This document shows positions 38,563 through 51,213 of a DNA stretch of 64,000 nucleotides, piece by piece; the first letter of the stretch is position 1, and the number at the start of each line of letters is the position of its first letter. Under the pieces are notes generated by a model. The model saw nothing but the letters and a program-made list of their open reading frames with translations, was not told the origin of the DNA and did not search any database. The position numbers and the translations under genes were made by a program. The DNA is from Takakia lepidozioides (taxonomy: Eukaryota > Plantae > Bryophyta), in assembly GCA_030704615.1 (NCBI GenBank), contig CM060733.1, positions 18,662,001 through 18,726,000 of the forward strand. The letters are read 5' to 3'.

Positions 38563-39179
38563 TATGTTAACAATGACACATTAACGTCAATTCAATCAAA
38601 GTTTGATTTTAATAATAAGATTTGTGTCACCAATTTTTTTTTTATCAGATTCAGTAGTTGTATGTTTATTTATTTTTATCTTGATGTTGTTTTTGCTACA
38701 ATGTGATAGTGATTTGAAGGGTATGACATATCATTTTGTACTTTGGAAATCTTCCTCAAGTGTTAATTAATTATTGAAACAACCATAAAATATTGTTTTA
38801 GGCATTATGTGTATATTAATTGTAGGAATTATGATAGGTGAACTCAACATATCATTATAGTGGGCATGATAAGATGGACATGTTTGTATTTAACGGGCGT
38901 CATTATTAGAAATGTAGGTAAGACTTCTGCCCTAGTGGATAAGTTATATATATACGTGTATGTTGCGAATTATTTTTGTCAAGAACACACATTGGTGTAA
39001 CTAATTAATTGTATGAACGACAAGAAAACATTGTATTGGGCATTAGGTGGTTAGTGTGTGCATACGATCTGAGCATCGGTAAATATGTATTGACAATATC
39101 TATCAATAATACACTAATCAATTATATAACATGGTGGATATAATGTACTAATATGCTAATAAGTGTGTGTTGACAATTA

Positions 39180-39500
39180 TCTTTTGAAGGTTTACTAATG
39201 TATATTTAAATATGTTTTTTTGTTTTTACATCAGGGTTTAGGGTTTCTAGGGTATTGGTACTAGATTAGGGCACTGTAACTTATTTCATGAATAGAAATG
39301 TTTGTTCCTTTTGAAGCTTACTAATATGTTACCTTAAATCTATTAAATTTCTCTTCACATCACATATAGGGTTTAGGGTTTCTAGGATATTATGTACTAT
39401 TATTAGTGCACTCTAAATAAAATGAGAAATTGAAAAGCTTACTAATATTTACTCAAATCTGTTTTTATTCTTATTACATTATAGTTAGGGTTATGTTGAC
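39180..39500. repeat. ~125-bp subterminal repeats with telomere-like AGGGTTTAGGGTTT
   Basis: AAG(G/C)TT(T)ACTAAT at ~39187, 39314 and 39435; AGGGTTTAGGGTTT at 39233 and 39368. Confidence 0.7.
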
Positions 39501-40339
39501 AAATGATGTCAATTCTGCATAAAAGATTTCATGAAGTTAACATCAATGAATATTCTATATTATCAAAGTTTTCAATGCAATTCACTTTGATATATTGGAC
39601 TATGATATCATGCAAATATTATAGAGTCCGACGGTATGTCTTTCGTTAAGAGTCTTGACTCTTTCTCTCTCCTTGTGTGAAGGGCTTTATAGGGGACCCA
39701 TTTATCAAAGTTGAACACGTGAATTAAATTGACTTCATTGACTAAACTAAATAGCATTGTCATCAAATTTGTTCCAAAGATTTCTCATTTGTATTACAAA
39801 CTTTCAAGAATTAGAATTTTTAATAGTTCAACTTCAATTTCGAAGTGAAATAATTAAATATAATTATTTCACATGTTATTTGTTAAATTAAATTGTCACA
39901 TATACTAAGTTTGGTCCGGAATTAACGAAAAAATCCGGAATTAGTTAAAATTGAGTTTAGACTTCTTAGTAGCCAGTATATATAGGAGGCGAGATTGGAC
40001 ACTCTTCAATCTCGCCAACACCAGTTCAAGCTACTCTTGTTTCCAGTTTCCAGTACTCTAGCCCAGTTTCCAGTACTCTAGCCCAGTTTCCAGTATCTGG
40101 TACTCCAGTCCAGTTTCCAGCAATCCAGTATTCTAGTCGTGTTCCAATATCTTGTACTCTTGTTCATTGTTATAAAGATCGTCTTGATTCATATTTACTC
40201 ATCGTGCATACGGCCACGCCGACCTTGACTTCTTGTCTAGTCTTGTACCTCTAGTCTGATATCTTGTTTGTGTTTAGTCATGTTCTTGTCCTTGACAGTT
40301 TAGCGAGACTCAAGCTTGTTCCTTAGTTAGTTAAGTTGG

Positions 40340-43300
40340 AAGACACATTTGCGGAAATGAGACGAGATCAAAATTTCGCGATTTTGTTTAACAAGTACGA
40401 TTGTTCCTACGACTACATCCACAACGATACCCTGATGAAGGTATTCAAGTGGGATTCGTGGGCACCCTTCTATCAGGCACTGCCCTATCTTGGTTTGCAC
40501 CACTATTAGAGAAAAATTTGCATTTACTATACAATTTTGAAGTGTTCATGTCCGAGTTCACTGCAACGTTTGGAGAGAATGATAGAGAGAGAATTGCAGA
40601 GACAAAGATGCAAAATCTTCGACAAGGAGCACGTCCAGCTTCCGTTTATACTGCTGAATTTCGACAACTTGCGTGCGACCTCGACTGGAATGAAAAGAGC
40701 ATCATTAGTCAGTTTCTATGTGGCCTAAAAGAGGATGTAAAAAATTTATTGCTGACAATGTCAAACGTGAGTACACTGAGCGAATTCATTACCCAAGTCA
40801 TTGCATGCGATAATCGTTTGTTCGAAAGACGTCAAGAGAAGCGATCTGGATGGTTAACGACGCACCATGCAGCTGCTACTACGGCACCAAACACAACGAT
40901 CCATCAGACATCCGGTAATGATCATATGTAGATTGATGCTGTCCGATTCAAACCATTGATGCCACAAAAGAAACAAAGACGGCGCTCGAATGTATTACGC
41001 GTTTATTGCGGAAAAGATGATCACATAGCATTAAACTGCCCCAACAAGAGAAGATTCAAAGCCGGGGTACAACTCAAGTGTTCGATACGCCTCGGAAAAC
41101 GAAGATGTCCAGTCATAGTAGGGACCATGCGGCTGGACATCCCAAATTTCTCACCAAAAAAATGTCTTTTTCTACCTCCAGACCCTGTACCTTGTTTCAC
41201 AGTTCCAGTAAAAATCAGGATGCAAAATCAAAATATCTCCGTAGAAGCACTTTTGTACTCGGGCGCTTCAACGTGTTTTATTGACAAAGACTTTGCGAAA
41301 CAACACAATTTAACGCTCGTAAGAAAGAAATTCTCGACCCCTGTTGAAGTCATCTAGACGACCGTTAGCATCAGGAAATATTGACCATGAAACTCGACCC
41401 CTTGAAGTGAAGCTTAAAAATTGTTTTCAATGTTATCCAGTCTCCAACGAATCTTGTGATCCTTGGACTTCCCTGGTTTGCACTTCATAATCCTGACATC
41501 GACTGACGATCACGAAAAATTTCGGCAAGACAAAAATGCAAAAGTACCAAAGGTATTCAACCCTGTTTCTTGGAGCTAGAACCTTCATGAGAGCTACGAA
41601 GAAAGATGCGACATTTGTACTTTATGCGACTCCAATCAAAACCACAACAGACCAAGGTACTTCGACATTACCCACTCAATATCAAGATTTCAAGGATGTC
41701 TTCGAGAAGGAAAATGCAGACATGTTGCCAGAACATCGACCTTATGATTGTGCAATTGAGTTGCAATAAAGAGCTCAACAACCATTCGGCCCGATCTACA
41801 ATTTATCTCAGACGGAGCTGGCTGCTTTACGCGAATACATTGATGAAAATTTGTCAAAGAATTTCATTCGACATTCAAAATCACCCGCGAGAGCACCTAT
41901 CATATTTGAGAAGAAGAAGGACGGATTGTTACGCATGTGTGTGGACTATCGTGGGCTCAACAAAGTCACTATAAAAAATCGTTACCCACTACCATTGATT
42001 TTCGGACTCCTGGAACAACTTGGACGAGCAATTTTTTTCATAAAGATCGACTTGAGAGGAGCTTACAATCTTGTACGAATAAGAGAAGGAGACGAATGGA
42101 AGACTGTTTTTTGTACAAGGTACGGACATTTCGAATACAATGTTATGTTTTTCGGTCTTACAAATGCTCCAGCAAATTTTCAACACATGATGAATGACAT
42201 TTTTTGAGAATTTTTAGATGACTTTGTAGTCATCTATTTGGACGACATTTTGATATTTTCACAGAATGAAGAAGAACATGGTCGCCATATACGCCTTGTG
42301 CTTGATAAATTGAGGGAAAAAAGACTATATGTCAAGTTGGAAAAATGTCTTTTCCACCAATCTGAAGTCGAATTTTTGGGCTACATTATTTCCGACAAAT
42401 GAGTCTTTATGGATCAGAAGAAAATACAAACCATTATCGAGTGAATTAAACCAACTTCGGTCCGAGATGTACAATATTTTGTAGGATTTGCAAATTTCTA
42501 TAGAATCTTCATCAAGGACTACTCCAAAATTGCTGTACCATTGACACGACTCACATGGAAGGACAAATTTGTATGGGACGAGAAGACTGACCAAGCATTT
42601 GAAAGGCTGAAGCAAGCATTTAGAACGGCTCCAATACTGGTACATGCAGACCCATCTAAACTATTCTTTTTGAAAGAAGATGCATCGGACTTTGCACTTG
42701 GCGCGGTACACTCTCAACACGGTGCAGATGGCCGACTTCACCCTGTTGGTTTTCGTTCTCGCAAATTTTTCGCTGCGGAGATCAATTATGAAATCCATGA
42801 CAAAGAACTTCTAGCGATTATCGATGCTTTTGAGGAGTGACGTCATCTATTGGAGGGAACTAAACATCAGGTCATTGTCTATACCGAAAAACCTTGAGTA
42901 TGTTATGAGTGCTCCAAGAAGCTTCCCCTATGGAGGTTTCTTATTGGAGAAGTTTTCAAAATTAAACAAAGGTTTCTTGATGAAGAAGTTTCCTTAAACA
43001 AAGGAGGTATCTTGATGGAGAAGTTTCTTCCAAAGGAAGCTTCCTGAGTAGTTTCCCAAGTTACTCTTGATAATTTGGTAAACTCCCGGTAACTTGGTAA
43101 ATAATTGTAAATAATGGTAAATCATGGTAAATCATTGCTGAGTTTGCCTACAACAACACTATACATTCTTCGACCAAGCAAACTACTCATCTTGCTATGA
43201 TTCACAAGGAGCTTACATTCCACCTCGCAGAAGCTCAAAAACAATACAAGGAGTATGCAGATCAACGTCGCCAACTCCAACCCCAGTTCAAGGTCAGAGA

Positions 43301-43765
43301 TCGTGTGTGGCTTCTTCGACGGGATATACAAACCTCGCGACCATCAAAGAAGTTGGATTATCAACGCCTGGGACCATTCAAAATTATTCGACAAATAAAT
43401 CCGGTCAGTTTTTGGCTTGAACTCCCACGAAGTATACGCATCCATCCAGTCTTTTATGTTTCATTATTGGAGTTGTATCATCCATCGAATATTCCATGGA
43501 GAGTCTCCGTACCACCTCCGCCAATCGAAGTCAATCAGGAAATTGAGTATGAAGTCGACGAAGTCCTAGACTCTCGCATCAAGTATTGTCAGATGCATTG
43601 GCGAGGTTGGATGAAGGTTCTCACGTTCGTTCGCTGATGTGAGTCAAGAACGAAGCGCCAAATACTTGACAAGTACCATTCGCCAGATTTTGGATTTTCT
43701 CCAACTTTAAGCAAGTCCAAGATTTCACCGCTTCTCGAGGAACTCGGTGCTAGAGGAGGGGGTGA
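40340..43765 (+). pseudogene. gypsy gag-pol pseudogene (gag, protease, RT, RNase H, integrase C-terminus, chromodomain)
   Basis: gag LSGTALSW..LRQG, YCGKDDHIALNCP; protease ALLYSGAS; [29 protein letters not shown]; RNase [22 protein letters not shown]; GPFKI; chromodomain EYEVDEVLDSR. Many stops, and the integrase core is missing. Confidence 0.92.
42913..43135 (-). repeat. Inverted LTR (U3) fragment replacing the integrase core
   Basis: Reverse complement matches LTR positions ~43830-44020 and carries one extra internal sub-repeat. Confidence 0.85.
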
Positions 43766-44341
43766 TGTCATAGACATAGCCCAGAGAAACTTACCAGGAG
43801 TAAATACCACAAGTTACCAAGTTACCATGACTTACCATGATTTATCATAATCTATATGATTTACCATTACTTACCATGTTATCGGAAGTTTACCAAATTA
43901 CCAAGAGTAACTTGGGAAACTGCTCATGAAGCTTCCTTTGGAGGAAACTTCTCCATCAAGATACCTCTTTTGTTTAAGGAAGCTTCTCCATCAAGAAACC
44001 TCCATAGGGGAAGCTTCTTATGAGACTTCTTAGTAGCCAGTATATATAAGAGGCGAGACTGGACACTCTTCAATCTTGCCAATACCAGTTCAAACTACTT
44101 TTGTTTCCAGTTTCCAGTACTCTAGCCCAGTTTCCAGTATCTGATACTCCAGTCCAGTTTCCAGCAATCTAGTATTCAAGTCGTGTTCCAATATCTTGTA
44201 CTCTTGTTCATTGTTATAAAGATCGTCTTGATTCCTATTTACTCATCGTGCATACGGCCACGCCGACCTTGATTTCTTGTCTAGTCTTGTACCTCTAGTC
44301 TGATCTCTTGTTTGAGTTTAGTCATGTTCTTGTCTTTGACA
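43766..44341 (+). repeat. 3' LTR of chromovirus (TG...CA, 576 bp)
   Basis: Matches 18065-18329 followed by 39957-40297. Confidence 0.95.
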
Positions 44342-44346
44342 ATCGA

Positions 44347-46600
44347 TGGACTGACGACAGATGCACCGTTGAAGGCCTAATGCCGAAGGATGAGGCAAAC
44401 AACGGCGGAGCGCAGTAGTAAAAATAGGGGATAAGATGCGGAAATGCGCGATAGTAGGTCGTGTTGCCAACCACGCCTCTGCTCCAAGTCCTACGCATGA
44501 TAGAAGTTGCTCCTAATGCAAATCGCAAGCAGTATTTGAGAGCATGCCGAAAAATGAATGACGATCCCGTGCAGAGCGGAGATGTTGCTGGAAGGGTAAA
44601 TTGTCACTATCGACATGCGCAATAACGTCCATAATGAGGAACGATGGTTGCAGAGAAATCGTGAAACGTGAATAATCGAACAAACGGACTGAGCTAATGG
44701 AAATCTCCCTCGACTAAACGGAGCTCCTGAAAGGCCAACCGTGACACAGAATTAAAACCTTGGTGACGTCGACCTGAAGAACAACCCAATCCGAATTAAG
44801 ATCGAGAGCGACACAAATTCCCTGAACCACCGCCTCGCAGGGGTGGCGCCCCCAAACTGGTGGGGAAAGAGGTGGACGGAGAATGCATCTCGAAACTGAA
44901 GGCAAAGCGAGCGGTTGACAAGGCGGTAAAGAACCTCTCCAAATGCGACGGGGTGGATCTCAGGACCTGAGGGCTTACTCATAGCCAACAATCTGGAGGC
45001 CCCAAGGAGATGGACCACTGGGGCAGGGATATGTCCGGCAGCTATACATGAGCAAACTTGAAATAGCTGAGAGAAGCCACTGGCAGAGTCCTATGGAGAG
45101 AAGCAGTCGCGTAAGTGCTCATACAAGAGATCGGAAGGACCTGCGCTGCAAGATGAGAACTGCACGTGAAGGCTTGAGTGAAGACCTCCCGAGCTAGCTC
45201 GAGATCTTGGTCTGGCTCAAAGTCCTCGACAAAAAGCGGAATGATATCCTCAGCTGATGGGTGTAGGGCTTTAAGGGTAGTAATGGCTGGTGTGAAGGGT
45301 GTTAAGACACTCGCCGCACATGAGTATTCGCCAACACTGCCTAACATGAGACTATGACGAAATCGCGTGTGAGCCGATGAGGGTGGCTACGTAGAAGAAG
45401 CCGGAAGGACGCGCGCTCACAAGAGCTTGTGCTCGTAATTGATGCTCATCTTGAAGACTCTCCCAATTTCCAGATAAGAAACGGCGAACGAATGTGTGTC
45501 TCTCTGAGACCCAACTTGCCGCCACGAGAGAGCAAAACCAAACACCAATGGAGAAATAACAATAAAAGAGACCATGCAGTCGGTATATTAACAGGATCAC
45601 GAGCTAGTATGTCTAAGGGCAGACGGAATGCCAAGTGGACTTAATCATGACGAGTGACACCGGGATCCTTGTATAAAGACGAGGCTTTGGCAGTCCTACT
45701 AAAATGCGCTCAATACATCCAAAGTTGAAAGCCAATGCCATGCAGAGGCAGGAGACCGTGGCGCGTGCAAGACAAATAGAGGAGTACCATCTATGTGGGA
45801 CTGATGAAGAGCCGCACACGTGTCACGCAAGCCCTCTAATGCGCGCAAAAAGACGGCCGCAAGCTGGGCACGAGGTACGGTCTGCAGGGATAGTGCCTGC
45901 TGTTGGGGGAAGAGCGAGGGGGTCGTCAATGCAGGCTACACAGCTGGTGGAGAAGTTGGCGCGTAAAGAGGCTCATGACCAAGAAAAGTTGGGACACCTT
46001 GGAGCCGCTGCCGAGAATGGGATGGAGAACCCGGAGAAGAAGTGACTGGCGTGAGACCTCAGACCCTACCTGAGAGGGGCAATGGGGGAGGGCTTAACAG
46101 AGGGCTTAACAGACACGGTGCAAGTTCTTCAGTTGGTGTGACACGGGCGAAGAACCTAGAATCCGTTGTGGAGAAGACCATTGTAAAGAAAACGAATCTT
46201 GTTGAACTTGTCTGGAGCTTGGCCTATGGTAGTGCGCATCAGGAATATGTGATATAGGGTAGGAGTACTCTGGCCTTTGGGCCTTCCAATAGGAGCAGTC
46301 GCTGCCGTGTCTAACACCTCTCGTTGCTATGGGGAGCCAATTGCACAGATGGTGGAATAGGCCATAAGGTGGTTGTCGGAGGGGTTGTCTTACTCGTCTG
46401 GGTTCAAGCGCTGTCTGGATCAAGACGTCAGGGCTGAACTAGTAGAGGGAGCCCACCGTGGCCTCCTGAGCCCACTGTTGGGGCCCACTGTTGCAGAGGC
46501 ATGAGTGGGGCGCTGGCCTGTCTGCTGCCGCTGTCGCCACCGCCAACACTTCCACCATCTTGGGGGCGCTGCACACCTTGCCTGGCTTCCCTGATTGTTC
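44347..46600 (-). mobile_element. CRE-like non-LTR retrotransposon, 5' part (RT), decayed
   Basis: LGASRLLAMSKPSG..PVAFGEVLYRLV..HLFPHQFG..CEAVVQGI..VVLQVDV. Ends LPHPSALGLQRCICRQSID, which joins DDLAIHLLCC at 18064. 5' boundary approximate. Confidence 0.8.
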
Positions 46601-49015
46601 AAGAGTTCTTTTCAGTCAGTCGTCCCCCATCTTTGAACTCCAAAATGCAGCAGAAATGAGTGGATGGGCCTCTAAAGGCCTTTTGTGTCAACGACCCTCT
46701 AACTCGACCAATTCTAAGTCCCAACAATTCTAAACCCTTCATTCAAAATTTAGAGGTCCTCCTACAGCGCATCCAAAGATAAGAGAAGAAATCATGTGTG
46801 TCACGCAGTGACACTCTGTTAGATGCCATTCTCCTGAAATGAGACCGAGATTTGGATATCACCAAGTTACGTACACTAGCTTCAACATATCGTTGGTGGG
46901 AAATTGCATATGAAACTAGTAGTACTGGTGGCCATTGATTTTTCTTCAAGAAGTGTACGTGCCTGATAGCGCAGCACAAGTTGAGGTGGAGGCACTGAAT
47001 GACATGAGAAGCTGGTCAAAAAGTACATGGTATATATAGCCAGAGAAAGCAAGGCAGCTTGGCTCTCCTGTCTCTTAAATGATTTCACTCTAAGGTTTGG
47101 CCAAAGCAGGTTTGTGAAATCCAATGCAAGTTTCTAATCAGATATAACACGGGTGAATGGCGGAAGTGCAGCAAAGATACCAACAGTTGTTGATTAACTT
47201 CCTGTAATGAAATTACATTAATGCTCAACTCCTAAGCAAAAGCATACGAGCAGTCCCTGCTCAGTGAGTCCCAAAGAAGGAACTTCGGTATGATTCCAGC
47301 CCTCTTTATACAGAGAAGAACCTGTAGGAAAAGATCCTTCAATCTGCCTTTCATATACCTCACTTCAATTTACTTGTGATCGTTTGTATCTTGGGTTGGC
47401 AAGCAGATCCTCTGGAAGTGTCATCTCTGCTGCCAGGCTGGCTGCTGACCCCTCCTGCACAATTCAACAAACTTTAAAACGCTGCTGCTACCATTCAATA
47501 TTAGGACCCCAAAACAAACAGATTATTAGGGGTTGTGTGTGAATTGTACATGGTGTTGACCATCAAATGTTACCAATATGGCCACAGTGGGTCATGACGG
47601 TGTGGATTAGCTGCTGCTAATTTGCAAGACGATGATCTGTGTAGGCAGATCAGATGGTCAGAACTCCCAGGATACCATGTGATTGTCATGAACAAAAGCA
47701 TTAAGAAGAACATAGGCATCGAGTCGCTTACCAGATGAGGACTCCACAACAGTATCAAGGTTTCTGAGCTCCCATCACACAAGGCTGCTTCACTGGTTGC
47801 TCCATACTCATGCAAACCCCTTGCTTCTGGCTCAAATTCAGCAGGTCACGTGTGACTTGTCAATTGATTCACAACAGATTTGAAGGGGGCCCGGCCAGGA
47901 AAATGAAAGCCATAAGAAGGTTAAAACTGCAGCTCCTAACTCAAATTAGAGTAATATGTGCCGCTTTCACATAGCTCAGTAAGTGAGTGCAAAACATACT
48001 TCTGCTCTGTAATTAGAGCTGGTGTTCTCACATGGCTATGATCATGCAACCTGGTCTTAGAAGGCCACAGTGAGTAATGGTATGAAGAAGGCATATAAGC
48101 TCTATAGAAGGGAATTGACATGGAGCCTGTTGTCCCTGTCTTAGAGTAGCTCATCACATAAAAACGCAGATGATGCAATCCTATGCACGTAGATGGGTCA
48201 TTAAACTCTCGCTTGAACTGCACAATTCAATGTTAGCTTGCACGTGTTGAGCTTTGAACAAGAATTCTGCCCCATAGAAAGACATACTACAACTACTCAG
48301 GGAAAACCACACTGATAATTGACCTAATAGTTTCAATACTCTAGTAATTAAGCATAGAAAGAGGAAATTTCACTGCTTTGTACTGTCCTATCTCTTTGTA
48401 CCTCATATATCTTCTACATGGCCCCTCCAGCATGAGGGCAGAGTCGAAGTTAGAATTACATGTTACAAATTTCTGGGACACCACTCATCAAACGAGCTAA
48501 AGATTTGGGGGGGAACATGGGTCTTGAGAAGAGAAATTCCTCTGACATTTATGATCATCCACCATATAGAATAAAATGTACCTCCAAAACCTCTCAACAA
48601 CTACCAGGAACTCCCAGACATTGCGAGATTGACTAAACTCAATGCTTCCCTTTATTAGGGAACTAGGTTCTATCTTGAACCACTGCGGCTAAATTTATGG
48701 ATATACATGTATTCTACTGGGACATAAGAAGTATGAAACTTGCTATTTTCCTGTGTATTTTACATACTCTATTTCAATTGTAGATTCTTTGTGTAAGTTA
48801 ATGGGCACACATAGGCGCTTGGTTCTACCCTCTTGGACATGACAAACATGACAGCTGCAATTGCAGCCAAGATGGGTAGATTTATGGTCCCCCAATGAAG
48901 ACATTGTCGCTCTCTCTGGGGAACAAAAATCGCAGGAGTTTCTCTTGTGATGGCAAAAAGTGTATACACAGAAAAAGCAGATCCTTGAACTCTGGAAAAT
49001 CTGGTGCATTTGACC

Positions 49016-51213
49016 TTACCCACCCCACGAATGGTGACACTCACGTGGGGCCCGCCAAAAGACTCTTTTCTGCTGTTTCTCTGGTGCGGACATGGATTTA
49101 AATTGCTCCCAATCCTCCATCACCAAGCGTAGATCTTGGAGCTTGCGCTCAAGTCCTGTGCAACAGTTTGCATGCATGGTGCAGACCTTCTCCAGATTGT
49201 TGCTTACCTGGATAAGATGGGGAGAGGGAGGGAGACATACCTGTTAAAATGTTCTATCCATAGACATGTACAGCATGCTGTATTAATAAATAAGCAGGAA
49301 GATTTTCTGTGGTGCAAATGTATGGCAGCTCATATGCTGTAAATTTGGTAGCAAAACTTTAAACCCAGCTGGTTCTATTATTGTACCAAGGATTAAACTT
49401 TCAAAAGCTGGTTACCATTCATGTCACCATGAATCAAGATGTGTCGAAGATTCCTTTGGTTTCTCTTTTTGTGTTTTGGGTTGTGTGTTGGGGATAAAGA
49501 TAAGGCTCAGAAAAGATACCATGATGTTTTAAGGCTGTACAGTTTTCATACACACAGCTTGACATGGCTTTCCTTGCAAAGAGAGAGAAAGAGAGCAACA
49601 GGTAGAGGACTCTTATAGGTATTTAATGTACCTTACTGAGAAAACCCCATGTGGTGAGTATTAGATTAGATAGAAGATGGTCAGTGATTTTCTCGGGCAT
49701 TTCTTACAAACTATGGAAATCCAATGCTGCTTACCTCACAGAAACCAGAAAAGTGGAGGGTGTTCAAGAATTTGAGCTTCAATCTGATGTCCAGAAAGTC
49801 TGGTTCTCGTTTAATATCATTGAGGACATCTTGGTCATGCTTTCCTGGATGTCGTTCCCTGGATATATACCAATACTTGTAAAAGTCAATGGTGCGGTTG
49901 TTGGGTCGTGCATACACAAATCCCCCGTTAGGTCTGTTGTTCACATCATGAGGATTTCCATTGAACTTGTCGCAGGCTATTTGGAAGTCAGCCTCGTCAT
50001 CCAATATTGGAAAAGGACTGCGAAACCACATTATGTCTGCATCCTGCACACAGAGCAATTACAACACTCAGAATCTAGTTGATCATTACCACTTCAAACC
50101 CGTCACTCAGTCACCCACCCAACACTCAGCTTTTTGGATTTTCGGGCTTCAATTCTAAATAGAAGACTATGACACAATTGATGATGACTGAGCTGCATTG
50201 CATACACTCCAATAACATTAACCAAGCAAAGTGCTCAAGAACGAAATTCGCAGCTCCTTCTTGAGGGGAATTGAGTTCAACTCTTGCCATTGTCGAATGC
50301 TCTTATGACTCTGATGTCTTCACTTCTGTTCATTAATCATGTAACTCCCAAAGACCTCTTGAATGCAACAGCATGACTGAGTGCTTGGGGTAAATTTAGT
50401 GGGTTCCAACTTCGTATGATTTGCAGAAGGGAGAGACGTTCCAAACCGATATAGACAGTAGTGTGCCTGTGTCCCTCACCGAAAAAAGAAAGGTGTAACC
50501 CAACTGCAGGACGATCCTCAGAAAATCGATCCTCCTCCACATCATCTTCAAATAGTCGTGAGACATGAAAAACTTCTCCCCAGAGAAATCAACTCCCTCT
50601 GTCTTCAACATAAAGCAAAAGTTGTGAAGCTTCATGCAGCGATCATAGGCTATTTGATCCAGTGCAATGATGACCAGGTGGTTGAGAAGATGACTGATGT
50701 CCTCCCCCTTCCGAAAGCTATCCAAGAAGAGATCTATCATAGTACCTTCAGCTGCCCATGCTCCATTGAGCGTTGTTATAATCACAGTATTATTTTCCAT
50801 TGCAGCCCTTGCCAATACATCTTGCAGACCTGGAAAGTCCTCCTGTATCTGAAAATTTTCTAAGACATTCAGAACAACCGGGATATAGGGAAGAATGTGA
50901 AAATTGCAACCATAGCTGGATAAATTGAAAGTGAAACAGATCGAAATTATGAAATATCACTACTTCTATACTACAGTAATAATTAAGGATCAGAACTCAC
51001 AACGGGTAAATTCTGCTTCCAGAACTGCTTCCAGAACGGCGTCTCTCTCTTAGCTTCCTCCCTCTGGAGCAAGGAGTTGAATCGGCGAGAAAGCTCTGAT
51101 TGGAGCCGAAGCGCAGTAGGTTTGTGAAACGTAACTATGTATGGTATTCCTATGAAAGCCATAAGCAGTGTCAAAATTGTCATCTCTCTGATCCTTAGTT
51201 TGTGGAAAGCCAT
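49016..51213 (-). CDS. Nucleotide-diphospho-sugar transferase (GT77 / Nucleotid_trans), 4 exons: 51213-51001, 50848-50480, 50043-49735, 49207-49016 (~360 aa)
   Basis: N-terminal TM helix; TVIITTLNGAWA, MIDLFLDSFRKG, YLKMMWRRIDFL, DADIMWFRSPF, FQIACD, NGGF, HDQDVLN and CTMHANCC; phase-0 GT-AG introns. Confidence 0.93.

Larger units (their letters stand above)
18330..39956. mobile_element. Giant (~21.6 kb) cargo-carrying DNA transposon with Sola-like transposase
   Basis: Boundaries defined by interruption of the gypsy LTR. Inverted repeat TTTAACTAATTCCGGA (18331-18346) pairs with TCCGGAATTAGTTAAA (39934-39949). Extra TCCGGA motifs occur at both ends; possible TTAG duplication (18326-18329, 39957-39960); internal DDE transposase. 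Confidence 0.85.
18065..44341 (+). mobile_element. Ty3/gypsy chromovirus (Tcn1/Tf1-like) whose 5' LTR is split by a 21.6-kb insertion
   Basis: TSD ATCGA (18060-18064, 44342-44346). The 5' LTR is 18065-~18329 plus ~39957-40297 and the 3' LTR is 43766-44341. PPT AGAGGAGGGGGTGA at 43752-43765; no tRNA PBS seen. Confidence 0.93.

Noticed and set aside
18330-39956. Helitron/Helentron or Replitron identity for the giant element
   Set aside because: The asymmetric IRs and hairpin are suggestive, but no HUH Rep or helicase motifs were seen and a DDE transposase is present.
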